From Raja brachyura (lineage: Eukaryota): DNA of 64,000 bases. A program made the position numbers and the translations under genes. Below, in pieces: positions 12,481-26,180 of this stretch. Under the pieces are notes generated by a model that saw only the letters and a list, made by a program, of their open reading frames with translations, searched no databases and was not told the origin of the DNA. Numbering within the stretch: the first letter of the stretch is position 1; each line of letters starts with the position of its first letter. The stretch is taken from positions 22,258,001 through 22,322,000 of the forward strand of contig OY740807.1 in assembly GCA_963514005.1 (NCBI GenBank), given 5' to 3'.

Positions 12481-13026
12481 CACGGGATGCACTGTCCTTC
12501 TCAATATCCAGGCTGTCTCCTGGGCTTTCGTTTGTATCTTGAGATGCCAGGGATCTCGTGGTCATCAGGCTTGCAAATTGTTTCTGGGGTTTGCTTTGTT
12601 TCATCTGGTCTGTGGCTGTTGGCCATTAGTGTCCCTTCCCTCTGCTGCAGGGTGTAACATCTACTTTATCCACCCCTGATCCCCTGCAGATCTGGCCAAC
12701 CCAACCCCCACCCTCTTCCATTTGCAAACCCGAATCCTTCATCATTGTTGTTCTTCCTGCTTTCCGGACACAGCCCATCTTTGTCTCCCTCTCGATTATC
12801 CAGGCATTATTTAAAAGGTCAGCCGAGACTTCCTGTGGCAAACAGCCACAACCTCCCTTCTTTCCCATCCCCCTCACCCTGTATGCTGGCCTCTCTTGCT
12901 TTGTATCTCCTCTACTTTGTATTTCCTGCCTCTGCAAACCCCTCCACCGTGTTTTTCCTCCATGTCTCCCATGCTCTCACTCCCCACCTCTCTACCCTGT
13001 CTCTCCTCAGATCTCCCACCATGTAG

Positions 13027-13796
13027 AGGGGCTGTCCCACTGTGGCAACCTAATCCGCAAGTTAAGAAGTGTCTTCGACCTTCAAGCTCGAGGAGCACTC
13101 GCCTGGAAAACCTCGAGCTGGATCGACCGTCAGGGTGCAAACCGCGAGCTGGATCGACCAACCGCACCCACACGCACACACACACAAACACATCGCAAAG
13201 GCGGGGGCCAGGGAAAGTGGGGGAGCGCTGTCTGAAATTCAGACCCACGACGTAGAGGAAGGAAAGACGGCTGCACAGTGTAAGGTAAGTCCTTTAGAGA
13301 GCGTGGGGTGGAGGGGGGGGAAGGGAAGGGGAGAGACGGGGGGGGGGGGGGGGTGGAGGGGGAGTGGGGGAAGGGAAGGGGAGAGACGGGGGGGGGAGAC
13401 ACTTTTAAGAAGTATAGTAACGTTTAGCGGGCATTTTACATTACCGGTCAGTTTTCCTGGGTCCTGAAAACACCAGTGAGCCAATCAAAATGCCCGGTCA
13501 GCGAAGGAGATTGCCTACGGCTGCCCTCGACTGCCTGTAACTAAATAGCGACCGCACTCCACTGCACTACAAGTTAAAAAGTACCATGACGACCAAATTT
13601 TACTCGCGGCAATTTTTTTAACATGCTGAAAAATGTTCCGCGACCTAGCTGAGGCCGCAAGTATACGGGAACTTCCCTCGAGCATGGAGAGTTCCACTGA
13701 CCTCATAGGACCTCCCAGGACCACGTGCTGCGAGTTTGAGTCGAGGGCAAACTCTTCTAAACTCGCAGATTAGATCACTGCTGTGGGACAGCCCCT
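13027..13796. mobile_element. Non-autonomous PIF/Harbinger element
   Basis: TIRs AGGGGCTGTCCCAC / GTGGGACAGCCCCT; flanks TAG/TAT (imperfect 3-bp TSD); internal G-run tract. Confidence 0.85.
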
Positions 13797-14271
13797 TATC
13801 TTCCTACTCTCATGCCCTGCTCACGCCTCCCGTCCTCCTGCTTCACCCTGCCCTCTCACCCTGCTATTCCCCTCTGCTCCAGTCTTATCTTCCCTAGCCT
13901 CTCCCACCCTTCTTGCCCTGTCCCTTCCACCTCTTTCGATCCAGCTTCCATCTACCCCTTCCATTCCAGTATTCTTCCAGGTAGGCATTGTTACTATTGC
14001 ATTTGCACTCCAAGCTCTGACACTGGGCTTGGCACTCCCATTGCGATCACTGCTTGGCTCCACATTTCACTCCAGGATGTGTATTTGCCTGAAAAAAGTC
14101 CTCGCCATCCGTGAATTTAAGAGGAATTACATTGGCATCCTGGCTTTGATAAAAAAAGACAGCTGAATGGGAAATGATACCATTCCCCTTCAAGTATCAT
14201 CCCCATCAACTTCTTTCCACTGTTCTACAAATGTAATCCTCCACATTAGCCATCAATCAATGTTTTCAATG

Positions 14272-14470
14272 TGCAGGAAGGAACTGCAGATGCTGGTTTA
14301 AACCGATGAAAGACACAAAATGACGGAGTAACTCAGGCAGCATCTCTGGAGAGAAGGAATCTTCAGACTGAACTTTGAAGAAGGGCCTCGACCCGAAACA
14401 TCAACCATTCCTTTTCTGCAGAGATGCTGCCTATCTCGCTGAGTTACTCCAGTATTTTGTGTCTATTTTC
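14272..14470. mobile_element. Penelope-derived foldback element
   Basis: Head-to-head arms gagtaactcag...gcagcatctctggagagaaggaat / attcctt...agagatgctgcc...gagttactcc. Confidence 0.75.
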
Positions 14471-14982
14471 AAACACAATTTCGAGAGTTTCAAATTTTCA
14501 GATGTAAATATCTCCAACAATTTGTCCTAAACTAATCACATTGACATGATGGACTTGAAAACACACCAATGTCCATACTACTTCAGAAGGCAAAGGCTAT
14601 TCGTCAAAACATGCTGAATATCCAAATTCCACAAATGCACCATAGAAAACATCCTCTCCAGGTGCATAATAGCTTGGTATACAAACCAGCCTCAGTGGAG
14701 TGTGGACTTTGTCCTGCACGAAATCTTTGCGTGCCAACGGCCTGTCGTGTAACTGATGGTCAAAGTGGGACAGGCCTGAGACCCTGGCGCGGCGCAACAT
14801 CTCACCTCCAACAGCAGCAGAAGCAGGCAAACGATCGCCGAGCTCAGCGTGGGGCCCACAGCCGCTGTGGATCCAGATCCGCCCCCACTCCTACTCCCAG
14901 AGCGGGGCCAAGACGATTGGAGATAGACACAAAATGCTGGAGTAACTCAGCGGGACCGGCAGCATCTCTGGAGAGAAGCAAT

Positions 14983-15016
14983 GGGTGACGTTTCGAGTCG
15001 AGACCCTTCTTCAGAC
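14983..15016 (-). ncRNA. Minimal type I hammerhead ribozyme motif in a Penelope-derived element
   Basis: Minus strand gtCTGAAGA-a-gggtc(tc)gactc-GAAAc-GTC-acc has the intact CUGANGA/GAAA core, stem II and a GUC cleavage triplet; stem I is only about 2 bp. Confidence 0.65.
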
Positions 15017-15574
15017 TGAAGAGTCTCGACCCGAAACAGCAAGTGAAGGGAAAATTCAGAGCTCGTATTAAGGTCCATATTAGAATCATGTTCAACATGC
15101 GATGGCACTGTTATTTAACACCATGGCACTTGGTTTTTTAACATTAGTACATGTGAATTGTGTGCCCACTTAAATGTTAACATCAGAGGAGGGTAGACAC
15201 AAAATGCTGGAGTAACTCAGCGGGATAGGCAGCATCTCTGGAGAGAAGGAATGGGTGATGTTTTGGGTCGAGACTCTTCTTCAGACTGATGTCAGGGGAG
15301 AGGGAGGTACATAGATCAGAGAACGGTGTTGGGAACACAGCTCCAACAGGTGGCAAACAATTCTAACTGCTCATAAAAGTCCTCAATGCACTGTCCTGCA
15401 GGTCCAAGGACTAATTGTTAACGGTCCATGTCAATGGTGAAGTTAAAAACATCTACAACTCTTATAGAATATTACTTCTACTATCTTTAGTTCTTGACCC
15501 CAGGCAGCCATTTAACTTCTTGGAAAAGATGGAAAACTGACCTATTTTCCTAAATCTGACACTTGTCTTTTCAG

Positions 15575-15660
15575 TATGCTGGAAGCTATCGCAATTTTTG
15601 GCAACAACTATGCAACAGAACGAGTTCCTGCCGACTGAGCTGACTCTAGACAGCAGAGAG
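15575..15660 (+). other. Candidate exon of an unidentified transcript (86 nt)
   Basis: Acceptor acacttgtcttttcag and donor GAG|gtaagg; one open frame, CWKLSQFLATTMQQNEFLPTELTLDSRE. Confidence 0.35.
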
Positions 15661-16459
15661 GTAAGGAGCTACACTTGTTTCATGATAGAAGTCAAGGTTC
15701 TAGTGATTGATGTTCAAACCCAATGAGTAAGGGTGTTGGGAGACTGCAATAACAATATTTAAAACACATTTGGACAGGTGAATGAATGATGTAATTAATT
15801 AATTAATTGATTAATGATACTTTATTGTCACATAAAGTATGATATTTTTTAGGAAAGGTTTAGAAGGATATGGGCCAGGCATGAGCAAATGGGATGAGCT
15901 AGGATGGGGCACAGGACTGTTTCCATGCTGTGTACTCTCTGTGTAATTCTCTGTGTAATTCTCTGACTACATAATTGGGTGTGTCTGAGTTGCTCCATTT
16001 TAGAACAGCCTATCAATGCTCCATGCCATATTAACTTTGCTAGATAGTTACAGAGGAGCAATATGGCCATCTACGGTTCATTATTATTAACATTGCTAGT
16101 TTGAATTAAACATTTTATGTGATGTGACAGAGTGACGAATGAATCTGTGTGACGTTGACTGCCATTTGGTCAAGATCCGACTGTACAGATCCCATGACAG
16201 GATCTCATGGGCAAAGCAGGCAGATGAGGAGTGTTCACTCCTCAATAGCTGTGATGGTATGATGGGTGCTAATGGGTGCAACAGAGAAGGAATCATGGGT
16301 TGTCTTGATATAACCTTGCCATTAGATTCAGATTTTGTCATCTGCCAAGCATCATGTGGTTGAAATGCCAGTGGCTTCCCCACACCAAATCAAATCATAC
16401 TCAGGCTCTTCTAGTTGGTAGTTAAGTCGATAGCCCCATTTCCTGTAGGGAAATACAAA

Positions 16460-16795
16460 TCAGAATCAGAATCAGATTTTATTGGCCAAGTATGTTTTGC
16501 AACATACGAGGAATTTCACTGGCCTGGTCAGTCATACAATTAAAAGCAACAGACTCAAAAACACATTTTAACTTGAACATCCACCACAGTGACTCCTATA
16601 CATTCCTCACTGTGATGGAAGACAAAATAAAGTTCAAGTCTCTTCCTTTGTTCTTCCTTGGTCCGGGGCTTCGAGCCTCCGTTGACGGGACGGTCTTGAC
16701 TCCCGTAGCCGGTGGCATTCGGGCCCTCCGCGTCGAGGCGTTCAGCTCCTGCATCCGGGGGACTTCAGCTCCGGGCGATCGAACCTCGCGTCGGG
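16460..16795 (-). mobile_element. 3' part of the GC-rich SINE/LINE-tail element
   Basis: (aatcag)n tail and aacatccaccacagtga...ctcactgtg motif shared with 59655-60705 and 42012-42660. Confidence 0.6.
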
Positions 16796-16924
16796 GCTGG
16801 ACTAACCCAAATGTCAACCATTTCAATTACATTGACAATAAGCTGGCGATGGTACACTAGTGAGGAAGAAGGGATTTCAGGTCACAAGTCAATGATAAGC
16901 TAGACGCATAGATGCCTCACATCA

Positions 16925-18310
16925 GTAGCTCAATGCAGCACTAAAGTTGTGCTGTCTGTCAGAGATGCTTGTTTTTCAGATAAGATATCATACGGAGGCT
17001 TTATCAGTGCTCTGAAAAGGTGGTGAAAGATTCCACGGCAACAGTTTGATAAAGAACAGGGTTCTACCTAGAGTAGGTATGTTGCAAAACTTACCTTTAG
17101 CGGCGCTGCACTTCTGCCACTCCCCGTGTGCGCGACTTTGGCGCCTTTCAGAGGGGGGCGGGCTTAAAGTGCCGTTTTTCCACAGACCTGGATAATCGAT
17201 GAATGTCGGGCGATTTCGTTGCGGAAGAAAAATCGCTCCGACATTTCATCAATGAAGGTATTTTTAAATTACTCTAAATTATTTGTTAACTAGAGTAATT
17301 TAAAAATTCACCTTCAAAAGCCGTGAGCACTGACAACCGGAAGGATTTTCCGTAGGGGAGAAAAAAAGGTAAATAGTTTATTTTTATATTAAAAGTTGGT
17401 TTTTTGGGAGGCTTTAATAATATTTTTATGTTGCGAAATGGGTTCCCAAAAAATGTATGAACAAACAGTATTTTTCCTGCCGACTTCACCGCTAACCGCA
17501 ACGTTCTAATCCACCGCATTCCACTAAAACCCACTCGCTAGTTGATTTAATTGGCCATTAATTTACAGGCATAAAACACTAAATTCCTTCCATTTGGCCC
17601 AGAAATTCATGAAAATGAGATTTAAAAATTATGTTATATTGTGGATTATTGTGTGAATGTTATTTGGACACAGGCAATTTAAAAAAAGTTTATCTTTTCT
17701 TAAGAAATTGATAGATGTTTAGATCTACTCATTGAATTTTGTAATTAGCTACAATTAGATAACTAACTAATTATATGCTTTAATTTCAGGTAATCCAAGT
17801 AAGATTGTTTAATATTTGTTTCAGAATGCTTCAATCTATAATAACTGAAAATTTCATTGAGTTCTCTTAATTTTTAAGAATGTTATGGGCTTTTAACTTT
17901 TCCAGATCACAGCTTTTGAGTTATGTCAATTGAAAGGCAATGGGAAGCAAGATGCTCATTTCCGAGTATGAAAATGGCCATAACTTTCTTAATACTGAAG
18001 ATATGAAAGTAAATTAGGTGTCAAATTAAACTTCTTTTTATGCTTTATCTGATGGGATAAATTGCAGACTTGATTTTTAAAATCTCAACATTTTGTAACA
18101 TTGCTACCTAGAGAGTTGGACAATTTTCATTCCTTGACTAACATGACTGAAAACAATATGACTATAATCACATTGCTGTTAGTGAAAGCTGACTGCCAGG
18201 ATTCTCCAGTGCAATGGGGATTACACTTCAAAACATTCATAATTGGTTTAAAAGTGCTCTGGGGCATGCTGACGTTATGAAAAGCACTGGTAAAATTCCT
18301 TCTTTCTTTT
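16925..18310 (+). mobile_element. DeuSINE (SacSINE1-like) remnant split by a DNA transposon
   Basis: Degenerate Deu-domain-like sequence (ttttcagataagat...aaagattccacggca...aagaacaggg) resumes after 18106 (cacattgctgtt...ttacacttcaaaa). Confidence 0.55.
17074..18106. mobile_element. About 1-kb non-autonomous DNA transposon (hAT-like or unclassified)
   Basis: Imperfect TIRs TAGGTATGTTGCAAAA / TTTTGTAACATTGCTA; duplicated flank (A)CCTAGAG on both sides. Confidence 0.8.
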
Positions 18311-20129
18311 GTATTTGTAAGTGGAAAGAATCCATCATTTGAGTGTGGCTGGAGACAATAATAATGAATCTTGTGATATAGGCTTGGATCAGACATGGTT
18401 AAAATGAGGCATGAGGCACTTTTGGAGGCAGATGGGCATTAAATATTGCTGTGGATATCTGTGGAAGGGATGTCAGGAGGATGTTGGTTTGGTTGAACAA
18501 ATCTCAAAGGACTTTAATTATACAGAAATTAATTGAGAACTGCTTATCATATCTTCCAATTTAGTTTTACATGGCTGGTTCATGACTGCTTTTCAGAACA
18601 GCAAACAGACAACTAGATAGCTTATTTAGCTTGAGGCTTAGTGATCTATGTATAATACTCATTCCAGTTTCATTTCATTTAATATATTTGTTTAGGGTAG
18701 AAGCTGAATCCAATGAGTCCAGATTACTCAGCATTAAAGGAGCAATGTAGTTGATTTGAATTAAGAATAAACAACAACAATTTTAATAAAAGCCTTACCG
18801 AAAAATAAGTTATCTACTTGAAAGTTCTAGGCATTAGTAATGTCTTTTGTAGGTCACATTCTTAGAATTTCTAAATATGTGAAACTAATTTATTTATGCC
18901 TTACGGGGGTACCTGGAAGTGAAATAGAACACTTAGAGTTAAATCATTAGCAGAGCGATGGATTTTCAGACATAGGTCCAGGAGGTCAAACAGAGCAAGC
19001 TGAAATAATGAGCTTCAAATCTTTGTCCATATAAAAATCTAACCAGGTTTCAGATTGGAATGGAATCTTTCTTTCCTGTGTACAACACTTGGCTCACAAT
19101 GCAGTAAAAACATTTTGTAACTAGTATGTAATTATATTAATTCAGCGGCAGAAATCTATTGTTACTTTATTTTCCATGCTACAAATGCAAACTAAAACAT
19201 TATCAATATGATCTCTGGGCACCTATCATGGGAGTTACTCATATGTGCATCATTGAACAGCGATCAATCCATTAAGATGAATGATAGAATTATGGGACTT
19301 TCCTTTTTAAGAGAAGGTAAAGTAGATTAAATTGTTAAATGAATGTGAAGCAGAGTCAGTCTTCAAATTAAAAATGGAAGCATAGGATGAAAAGCAGAAT
19401 TCTTCCATCTTCAAAAGGAATACAAAGAGGCCATTCAGTCACCACAGTGAGCGGCACATCAAAGAGAAGCTAGTTTTAAGGACAAATTATAGGAACCTTT
19501 CATTGGCAATGTAATAGCGTGTCATTTTCAGGAAATGGATTCGGTAAATGAGATTCAATAAAAGGTTAACAAATGGAAAAAATATGCAATGAAAACAGCA
19601 AAGTGCTTTAGAGATGACATATCTGTAGATATGGATATGGAGCACATTGCTAGTAAATCTGTCATAATTGTGCACATGCTGTATGCTTTGTAAATCTCTA
19701 ATGGAAACAATTCCAGTAGGAATAATAATCTTAAAATATCACCAAACATCTGCAAAGACTCCATGATATGCCCTTCGATGCGTCCCTTTGGGATTCCCAG
19801 TGCTAAGAACTTCTGGAACGTGTGACGCGCCCTGCAAAGTTATCCAATCCCAGCTCTGCTGGTAACACCACGATTTAAGAGATACACTGAGTCTGCGCCA
19901 GCCAGTGATCACCCTGTAACACACTAACCTACACACACTAGCGACAATTCTTTTGCAACTTACTGAAGCCAATTAACCTACAAACCTGTACATTTGTGGA
20001 GTGTGGGAGGACACCGGAGCATCTGGAGAAAACTCATACAGTCACAGGGGGAACGTACCTTTGCTGCTCCCGCAAGAATGGAGACAAAACTGACTGCAGT
20101 AATTGCAGATGAGTCTCCTTTTAGCCCCA

Positions 20130-20640
20130 GGCAACGTCGCAGCGAACTCAGAGAAGTTGACAGTGATGTCCTGAAGAGAGTCCACATCCCAGAAGAGGAA
20201 GTGCTGGAGGACACAATGGATGTACTTAGATAAATCCCCGGGACCTGATCAGGCACATCCTAGGACATTATGGGAAACAGGGAAGAAATTGCAGGACCCC
20301 TGGCATGAGATATTTGTATCATCGATAGCTGTGGACGAGGTGCCGCTAGACTGGAGGGTGGCTAATATGAGCTTCTATTTAAGAAAAGCTGAGCAGAAAT
20401 GCCTGGGAATTACAGACCAGTGAGCCTGAGCTTAGTGAGGGGGTAATTTATTGGAGGGCATCTTGAGTGACAGGTGGAAAGGCAAGGAATGATTAGGGAT
20501 AGACAGCATGGCCTTGTGCATGGGAAATCGTGCCTCATGAATTTGATTGCACTTTTAGAAGCAGTGACCTACAAGACTGATGAGTGTAGCACGGTAGATG
20601 TTGTCCACATGGACTTAGAAAGACTTTGAGAATGTTCCAC
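20130..20640 (+). mobile_element. CR1 LINE RT N-terminal fragment
   Basis: DKSPGPDQAHPRTLWE...EVPLDWRVAN...GNYRPVSL motifs with frameshifts. Confidence 0.85.
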
Positions 20641-20849
20641 ATCCACCAGAGAAGACTTTGCACTTTGCATTCCTCATGCCCTCTCCTGAATCTACCTTAT
20701 CAAAGGGGACCCATGTGCATGTTGAGACATTCTCTTCCTCCTTGTTAGTTGTATAAGGTAGACTTGTACATCCTAACTGATAGAAGAGCTTTAAATGAAT
20801 GGTGTTGAATTATTGATCCTCAACCAACAATTCCAATCATGCTCCATGG

Positions 20850-21170
20850 TCCTGCCACATCTGATCATGAGTGGTGGTGAAAAGTCAAACAGCGAATGGG
20901 ACAAAAAGATCCGAGGATCTTCCCATCGTCAATGGCATTGGACACAGCACCCAGGCACCATAGGCATGGCTGAAGAATTTGCAGCCATCTTTGGCCAGAA
21001 GTGTCGAGCGAATCTTGATTCCCTCCTGAGGTCCCCACCATCTCAGGAATCAATCTTTGGCTAATCTGATTCACTCCACAATATCAGGAGATGTTTGAGA
21101 ACACTGGACCCAGTAAAAGCTACGAGACCAGAGACCATTCCAGCTGCAGTAGTGATGAACTGTATTTAAA
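20850..21170 (+). mobile_element. Ancient CR1/L2-group LINE fragment
   Basis: AEEFAAIFGQKCR ... LDPVKATRPETIPA resembles the LINE pre-RT motif KAxGPDxIP. Confidence 0.55.
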
Positions 21171-23399
21171 ACACATATCCAGTTTAGCCAAGTGACATCT
21201 TGCACGATGATATATTGCACTAAACACTGTTAAGCTAGAGAATCAGCAAACATTTCTATCTTGCGCATCTTAGGGACCTTTTCATGAGTAAAGCATGCAA
21301 ACAAAATCACCCCTCCTCCATCTGAGTTGAACACAGTAAAATTTGCAACTTGTTAAAACTGACACTTGAAGTATGAACAAATGTCACTGAAAATGAAGTC
21401 AAATCAAGGGGGAACAATCACACAACATTAGTCTATGAATGGTAATGAGACAATACCAAAACAAGATTTGGCCATTATTCCAGTGTGTAATTCCTCTCTC
21501 CCATCATTAGATGTCAGCAATGTGTTTGCAACTGCTGTGCAAGCATGTTTATACAATACCAGTTTCATGTCCACTAACAGCAACATCAGCTCCCATGATT
21601 TTTTCATTCTTCAGGATTTTTTCATAGCTTCCGTTCACATTCCTTAACAACATCTTTTAGTTTTGCAGAGTGATCGGTCTACACATCCTCACAATCGTGG
21701 AAGTTCATAAACCACCAAAAGTCTTCTAACATTTAAAGGGTGCATCTTAACGTTCCATAACCCTATGGCAAAACTGCCCATCTCTCACCTTCCAGTGTAC
21801 TCTCTCACCTGGCCATTGATGCAAGTTTACATTATATAATTAGCGGGCCAGACTCATGTCGCTCGTGTATACCATAAGTGATGTGCCTGGTGTGTGGGTG
21901 AAGAGGGCTCGAATGCCATCGCAGTTAACCATTTGAGTGCTGCAGCTACTCTTCAGGGATATCCAACATCACTGGCCAGCAGCAACCTGTAATGGAGAAT
22001 GAGGCGGGGAAGTCTCCCAGTCACAACACAGCCTGTCCACAGGCAGCACATGGGCTCAGGGCCCGGGCTAAAGCTTCAAGGGAAGTCAGCAGAGGGCAGG
22101 GCTCCAAAGGTGCAGCAGTTGGTTCAGGAGGTGTGAGGGATTTCAGATGATGATTTGTTTTAGAAAATGGCCAATAAACTAAACACAGTTATTCCAGACT
22201 GTCTGGTGTCTGTTTGCACATCACGTATGCATTCTGACAGACCTGACCGCACATAAGACCATAAGACATAGTAGCAAAATTAGGCCATTCGGCCCATCAT
22301 GTCTGTTCCTCCATTCAATCATGGCTGATCTATTTTTCCCTCTCAAACCCATTCTCCTGTCTTCTCCCCATAATCTTTCATGCCCTTTCTAAGCAAGAAC
22401 CTATCAATCTTTGCTTTGAAAGGACCCAGTGTCCTTCTCCAGACTGATATGCCTTAATCTTCTGTTGAACCTTGCTCTCTGGGTGTTACACATTCCTATA
22501 TCCTGCTTGCGTGCCCCATGATTCACCTGAAGCAAATTCCACCTGTCCATTTGAATATTAGACGCAGTGTTGGATGGGAGACAGATTAGCTGGTTTAGGT
22601 GGGCATAGAAGGGTAGAGCTACAAGGCCTATTTCTGTGCCTCGATGACTCTCACCAGCCTCCCTCCTTGGAAAACCCTCATTGGGCAATGTTTAAATAGG
22701 TTCCACACCTGACTAATCCTGCATCATTTTACAAGGTGACCACCCTATCTGGTCCAACTTTGCCCCAAGAGCTCTTCCTCATGCTCAGGCCAATAGATAT
22801 CTCACATGCAAGACCAACGATACAAATTAATAGGTCATTGGGTTTCAGGAACTTTCCTCATCCTTTTAGGATTGAGGATGATTTGTCCCACTCCAGTCCT
22901 GATATGGGAGGGGAGGGACCTGTAAATTCGAACACACATGAGATAGGAGGAGTTTGGTGGGACAGGAGTGTGCATCACCGTTTCTGCTGCATTCTCAATT
23001 AAAGGCCACAAGGTTCTCATTCCCTCCCCAATGCTCCCACGAGACAAAGCTCAGAGTAGTTACCAGTCCCTGAAGTTCAGTGCCAAGCGCGTACGTGACA
23101 TGGCCAGATCATAAGAGGTGACTTTATGCTGGGAGAGTGCTTCGGATGATTTGGGCAAGACGGCATTGGTGATGTCTCTCCTCTCAGATGTCTGGTCTGG
23201 GCAGATCATGTCCCAGAAGTGTACAGGAGTTCAGGTGTCACTTTCACCTGGGGACCATTAGTTGGGTCTCTGGCCTTGCTCTTCTAACATCTTCTCCACC
23301 TATGCCTGGAGGTGGACCTCACATACATATTGCTTCCATAATTCTGATAGAGAGCACACATTTTCTGAAGTATTACATTGACTATAATTCGGGAGTACC

Positions 23400-24150
23400 A
23401 AATTCCTAGGTGTAACTATCCCCAACAATTTGACACGGTCCAACCACATCAATGATACATCCAGGAATGCACACCAATGCTTCTCCTTCCTCAAAAGACG
23501 AAGGATATTTGACATGCACCCAATGAACATCAATTTCTATTGGTAAGAATCCTATCCTATCCAAATGGCATGCTTGGTATGGTAACAGCTCTGCCCAAGA
23601 TCTCAAGAAACTGCAGAAAATTCTGGATTCAGCCCAGTCCATCACGCAAGCACACCTCCATCGGGAAAGCAGCCATCAGAATCAAGTACCACCCACACCA
23701 CAGTCATTCTCTCTTCTCCCCTCTTCCATCGGGCAAAAGATACAAAAGCGTGAAAGCACGTAACACAGGATCAGGAACAACTTTTTCCCATTTTATCAGA
23801 CTCTTGAAAGGACATCTCATACACTAAGATAGACACAAAAAGCTAGCGTAACTCAGCAGGACAGGCAGCATCTCTGGAGAGAAGGAATGGGTGACGTTTC
23901 GGGTCGAGACGCTTCATCATATACTAAGGATATATATTACCTATTTTACAATCTACCTCGTTGAGGCACTCGCACTTTTATTTACCTACACTTTCTCTGT
24001 AGCGGTAACATTAAATTATGTACTCTATGTAATTCTCTTTTGCTATCTACCTGATCAACTTCTGCATGGTATTATCTGCCTGGAACGTATGTAAAACAAA
24101 GCTTTTCACTGTATCTCTGTACACATGACAATAATAAACTAATGCCATTA
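23400..24150 (+). mobile_element. Rex1/Babar-type LINE 3' end, interrupted by a Penelope-derived half-element (about 23826-23920)
   Basis: KFLGVTI...WYGNSSAQD...HPHHSHSLFSPLPSGKRYKS, followed by a 3'UTR ending gacaataataaac. Confidence 0.8.
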
Positions 24151-25419
24151 CCACTAGAAGAAATCCTGAGATAGTGAAATTTACAGTGGTTATCAATGCA
24201 GGTTTTTTTTTAAAATCTCTTACTTCAGTCTCCTTGACAACAGAAGATTTGGGGACAGTGGCAGGATAGGGCCTTCCATCCCAGCATTGGCTAAGGTCTA
24301 AAATAAAGGAAGATAAGCCTGTAAAATTGGAAGGAAAAATACATTAAGAATTCATTGGAGGTTCAAAGCAAAACAATTCTTTTACGCATTCGCTGGAAAT
24401 GGTTGGTTTCAGCAACATTATATTCTGGGCCAGAACTTAACGACTGGTGTATAGATCCAGCAGAGACCTAACCACCCTCATTCTCAGGCTGAACCTTCTC
24501 CCATTCTAGGCCTCAAAACAGGAAGTGGGTTTAGCGCAGTCTGATAATCCTGATTAAAATCAGGTGCGAGTTTCTAAAATCTGTGCCTGGGAAACAGGAT
24601 TTGGTTTTCTTTCCAGCAAGTTCCTCCCTTTGTGTCTACTGATTTTCTGCATCTCTGGCTCACATGTTATCAACAGCAGTTTGATTTAACAAGCATCATT
24701 CAATTAGATACATTTCCCAAGGCTCTTCACTGGTGCGCACTCAAGCCAAAGAAGGGGAGATAAAACAAAGCTTGGAGCAGGTTTACTTCAATTAATGAAA
24801 GTCAAAACACTGCAGATGCTGGAAATCTGAAAAAACCCCATAAAATACTGGACACACAGCAGGCGAGGCAGCACCTGTGGAGAGAGGAGCAGATGCAAAG
24901 AAGGGTTTCATTATTAAATGTTAACATTGCTTCTCTTTCCACAGATAATGCATGATTCACTACAGTTATAGTGCTTTGGTGATTCCGCACCAGGAGCATT
25001 GTATATAATTCTGGTTTCCTTATCTAAAAAAGGATATATTTACCACAGAGGTGGTGCAGTGGAGATTCATCAGAATGGTTCCGGAGATGATTGCTCTGTC
25101 ATATCTGGTCCTGACTCTGCTCGTTACAATGTTGAAAGAGAAGATCTGACTAAAACACAAAAAAAATACTGTGATTTTAGTATAGGATTACCGCAGATTG
25201 GTGTTTGCTGGTTAATGCGGATGTGATGGGCTGAAGCATTGTATTAGTGTTGTGTGGGTTGACAGGTTAGATATCGAGAGAATGTTTCCCTTGGCAGAGG
25301 AGCTGAAAACCAGGGGGTCACTTTCCCCCAAAATGGCTTTGGCCACTTAGGACATGTGAGAAATGTCTTCATCCGAAGGTGGTGGATCTTTGGAATTCTA
25401 TACTCCAAGAGACTATTAT

Positions 25420-26180
25420 CTGAATGGTGGCCGATTAGGAAAAGGGGAGATGTAGCGAGACCTGGGTGTCATGGTACACCAGTCATTGAAAGTAGGCATG
25501 CAGGTGCAGCAGGCAGTGAAGCAAGCGAATGGTATGTTAGCATTCATAGCAAAAGGGTTTTAGTATAGGAGCAGGGAGGTTCTACTGCAGTTGTACAGGG
25601 TCTTGGTGAGACCACACCTGGAGTATTGCGTACAGTTTTGGTCTCCAAATCTGAGGAAAGACATTCTTGCCATAGAGGGAGTACAGAGAAGGTTCACCAG
25701 ACTGATTCCTGGGATGTCAGGACTTTCATATGAAGAAAGACTGGATAGACTCGGCTTGTACTCGCTAGAATTTAGAAGATTGAGGTGGGATCTTATAGAA
25801 ACTTACAAAATTCTTAAGGGTTTGGACAGGCTAGATGCAGGACGATTGTTCCCGATGTTGGGGAAGTCCAGGACAAGGGGTCACAGTTTAAGGATAAGGG
25901 GGAAATCTTTTAGGACCGAGATGAGAAAAACATTTTCACACAGAGAGTGGTGAATCTCTGGAATTCCCTGCCACAGAAGGTAGTTGAGGCCAGTTCATTG
26001 ACTATATTTAAGAGGGAGTTAGATGTGGCCCTTGTGGCTAAAGGGATCAGGGGGTATGGGGAGAAGGCAGGTACAGGGATATTGAGTTGGATGATTAGCC
26101 ATGATCATATTGAATGGCGGTGCAGGCTCGAAGGGCCGAATATGGCCTACTCCTGCACCTATTTTTCATATTTCTATGTA
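25420..26180 (+). mobile_element. Young CR1 LINE 3' end, nested in an older CR1 (about 24975-26340)
   Basis: ORF 25591-25953 reads LVRPHLEYCVQFWSP...IEGVQRRFTRLIPGM...YEERLDRLGLYSLE; CR1 3'UTR and (tttcta)n-like tail. Confidence 0.95.

Noticed and set aside
11528-13724. Cluster of overlapping 60-194 aa ORFs
   Set aside because: They lie in or between GC-rich non-autonomous elements, are open in several frames and show no domain motifs.
19555-19831. Hydrophobic minus-strand ORF (MESLQMFGDILRLL...)
   Set aside because: AT-rich composition explains the hydrophobicity, the splice signals are weak and no family is recognised.
21800-21990. Minus-strand LLASDVGYP resembling the Harbinger LGDxGYP motif, or an exon
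   Set aside because: All frames close quickly and the similarity is only a few residues.
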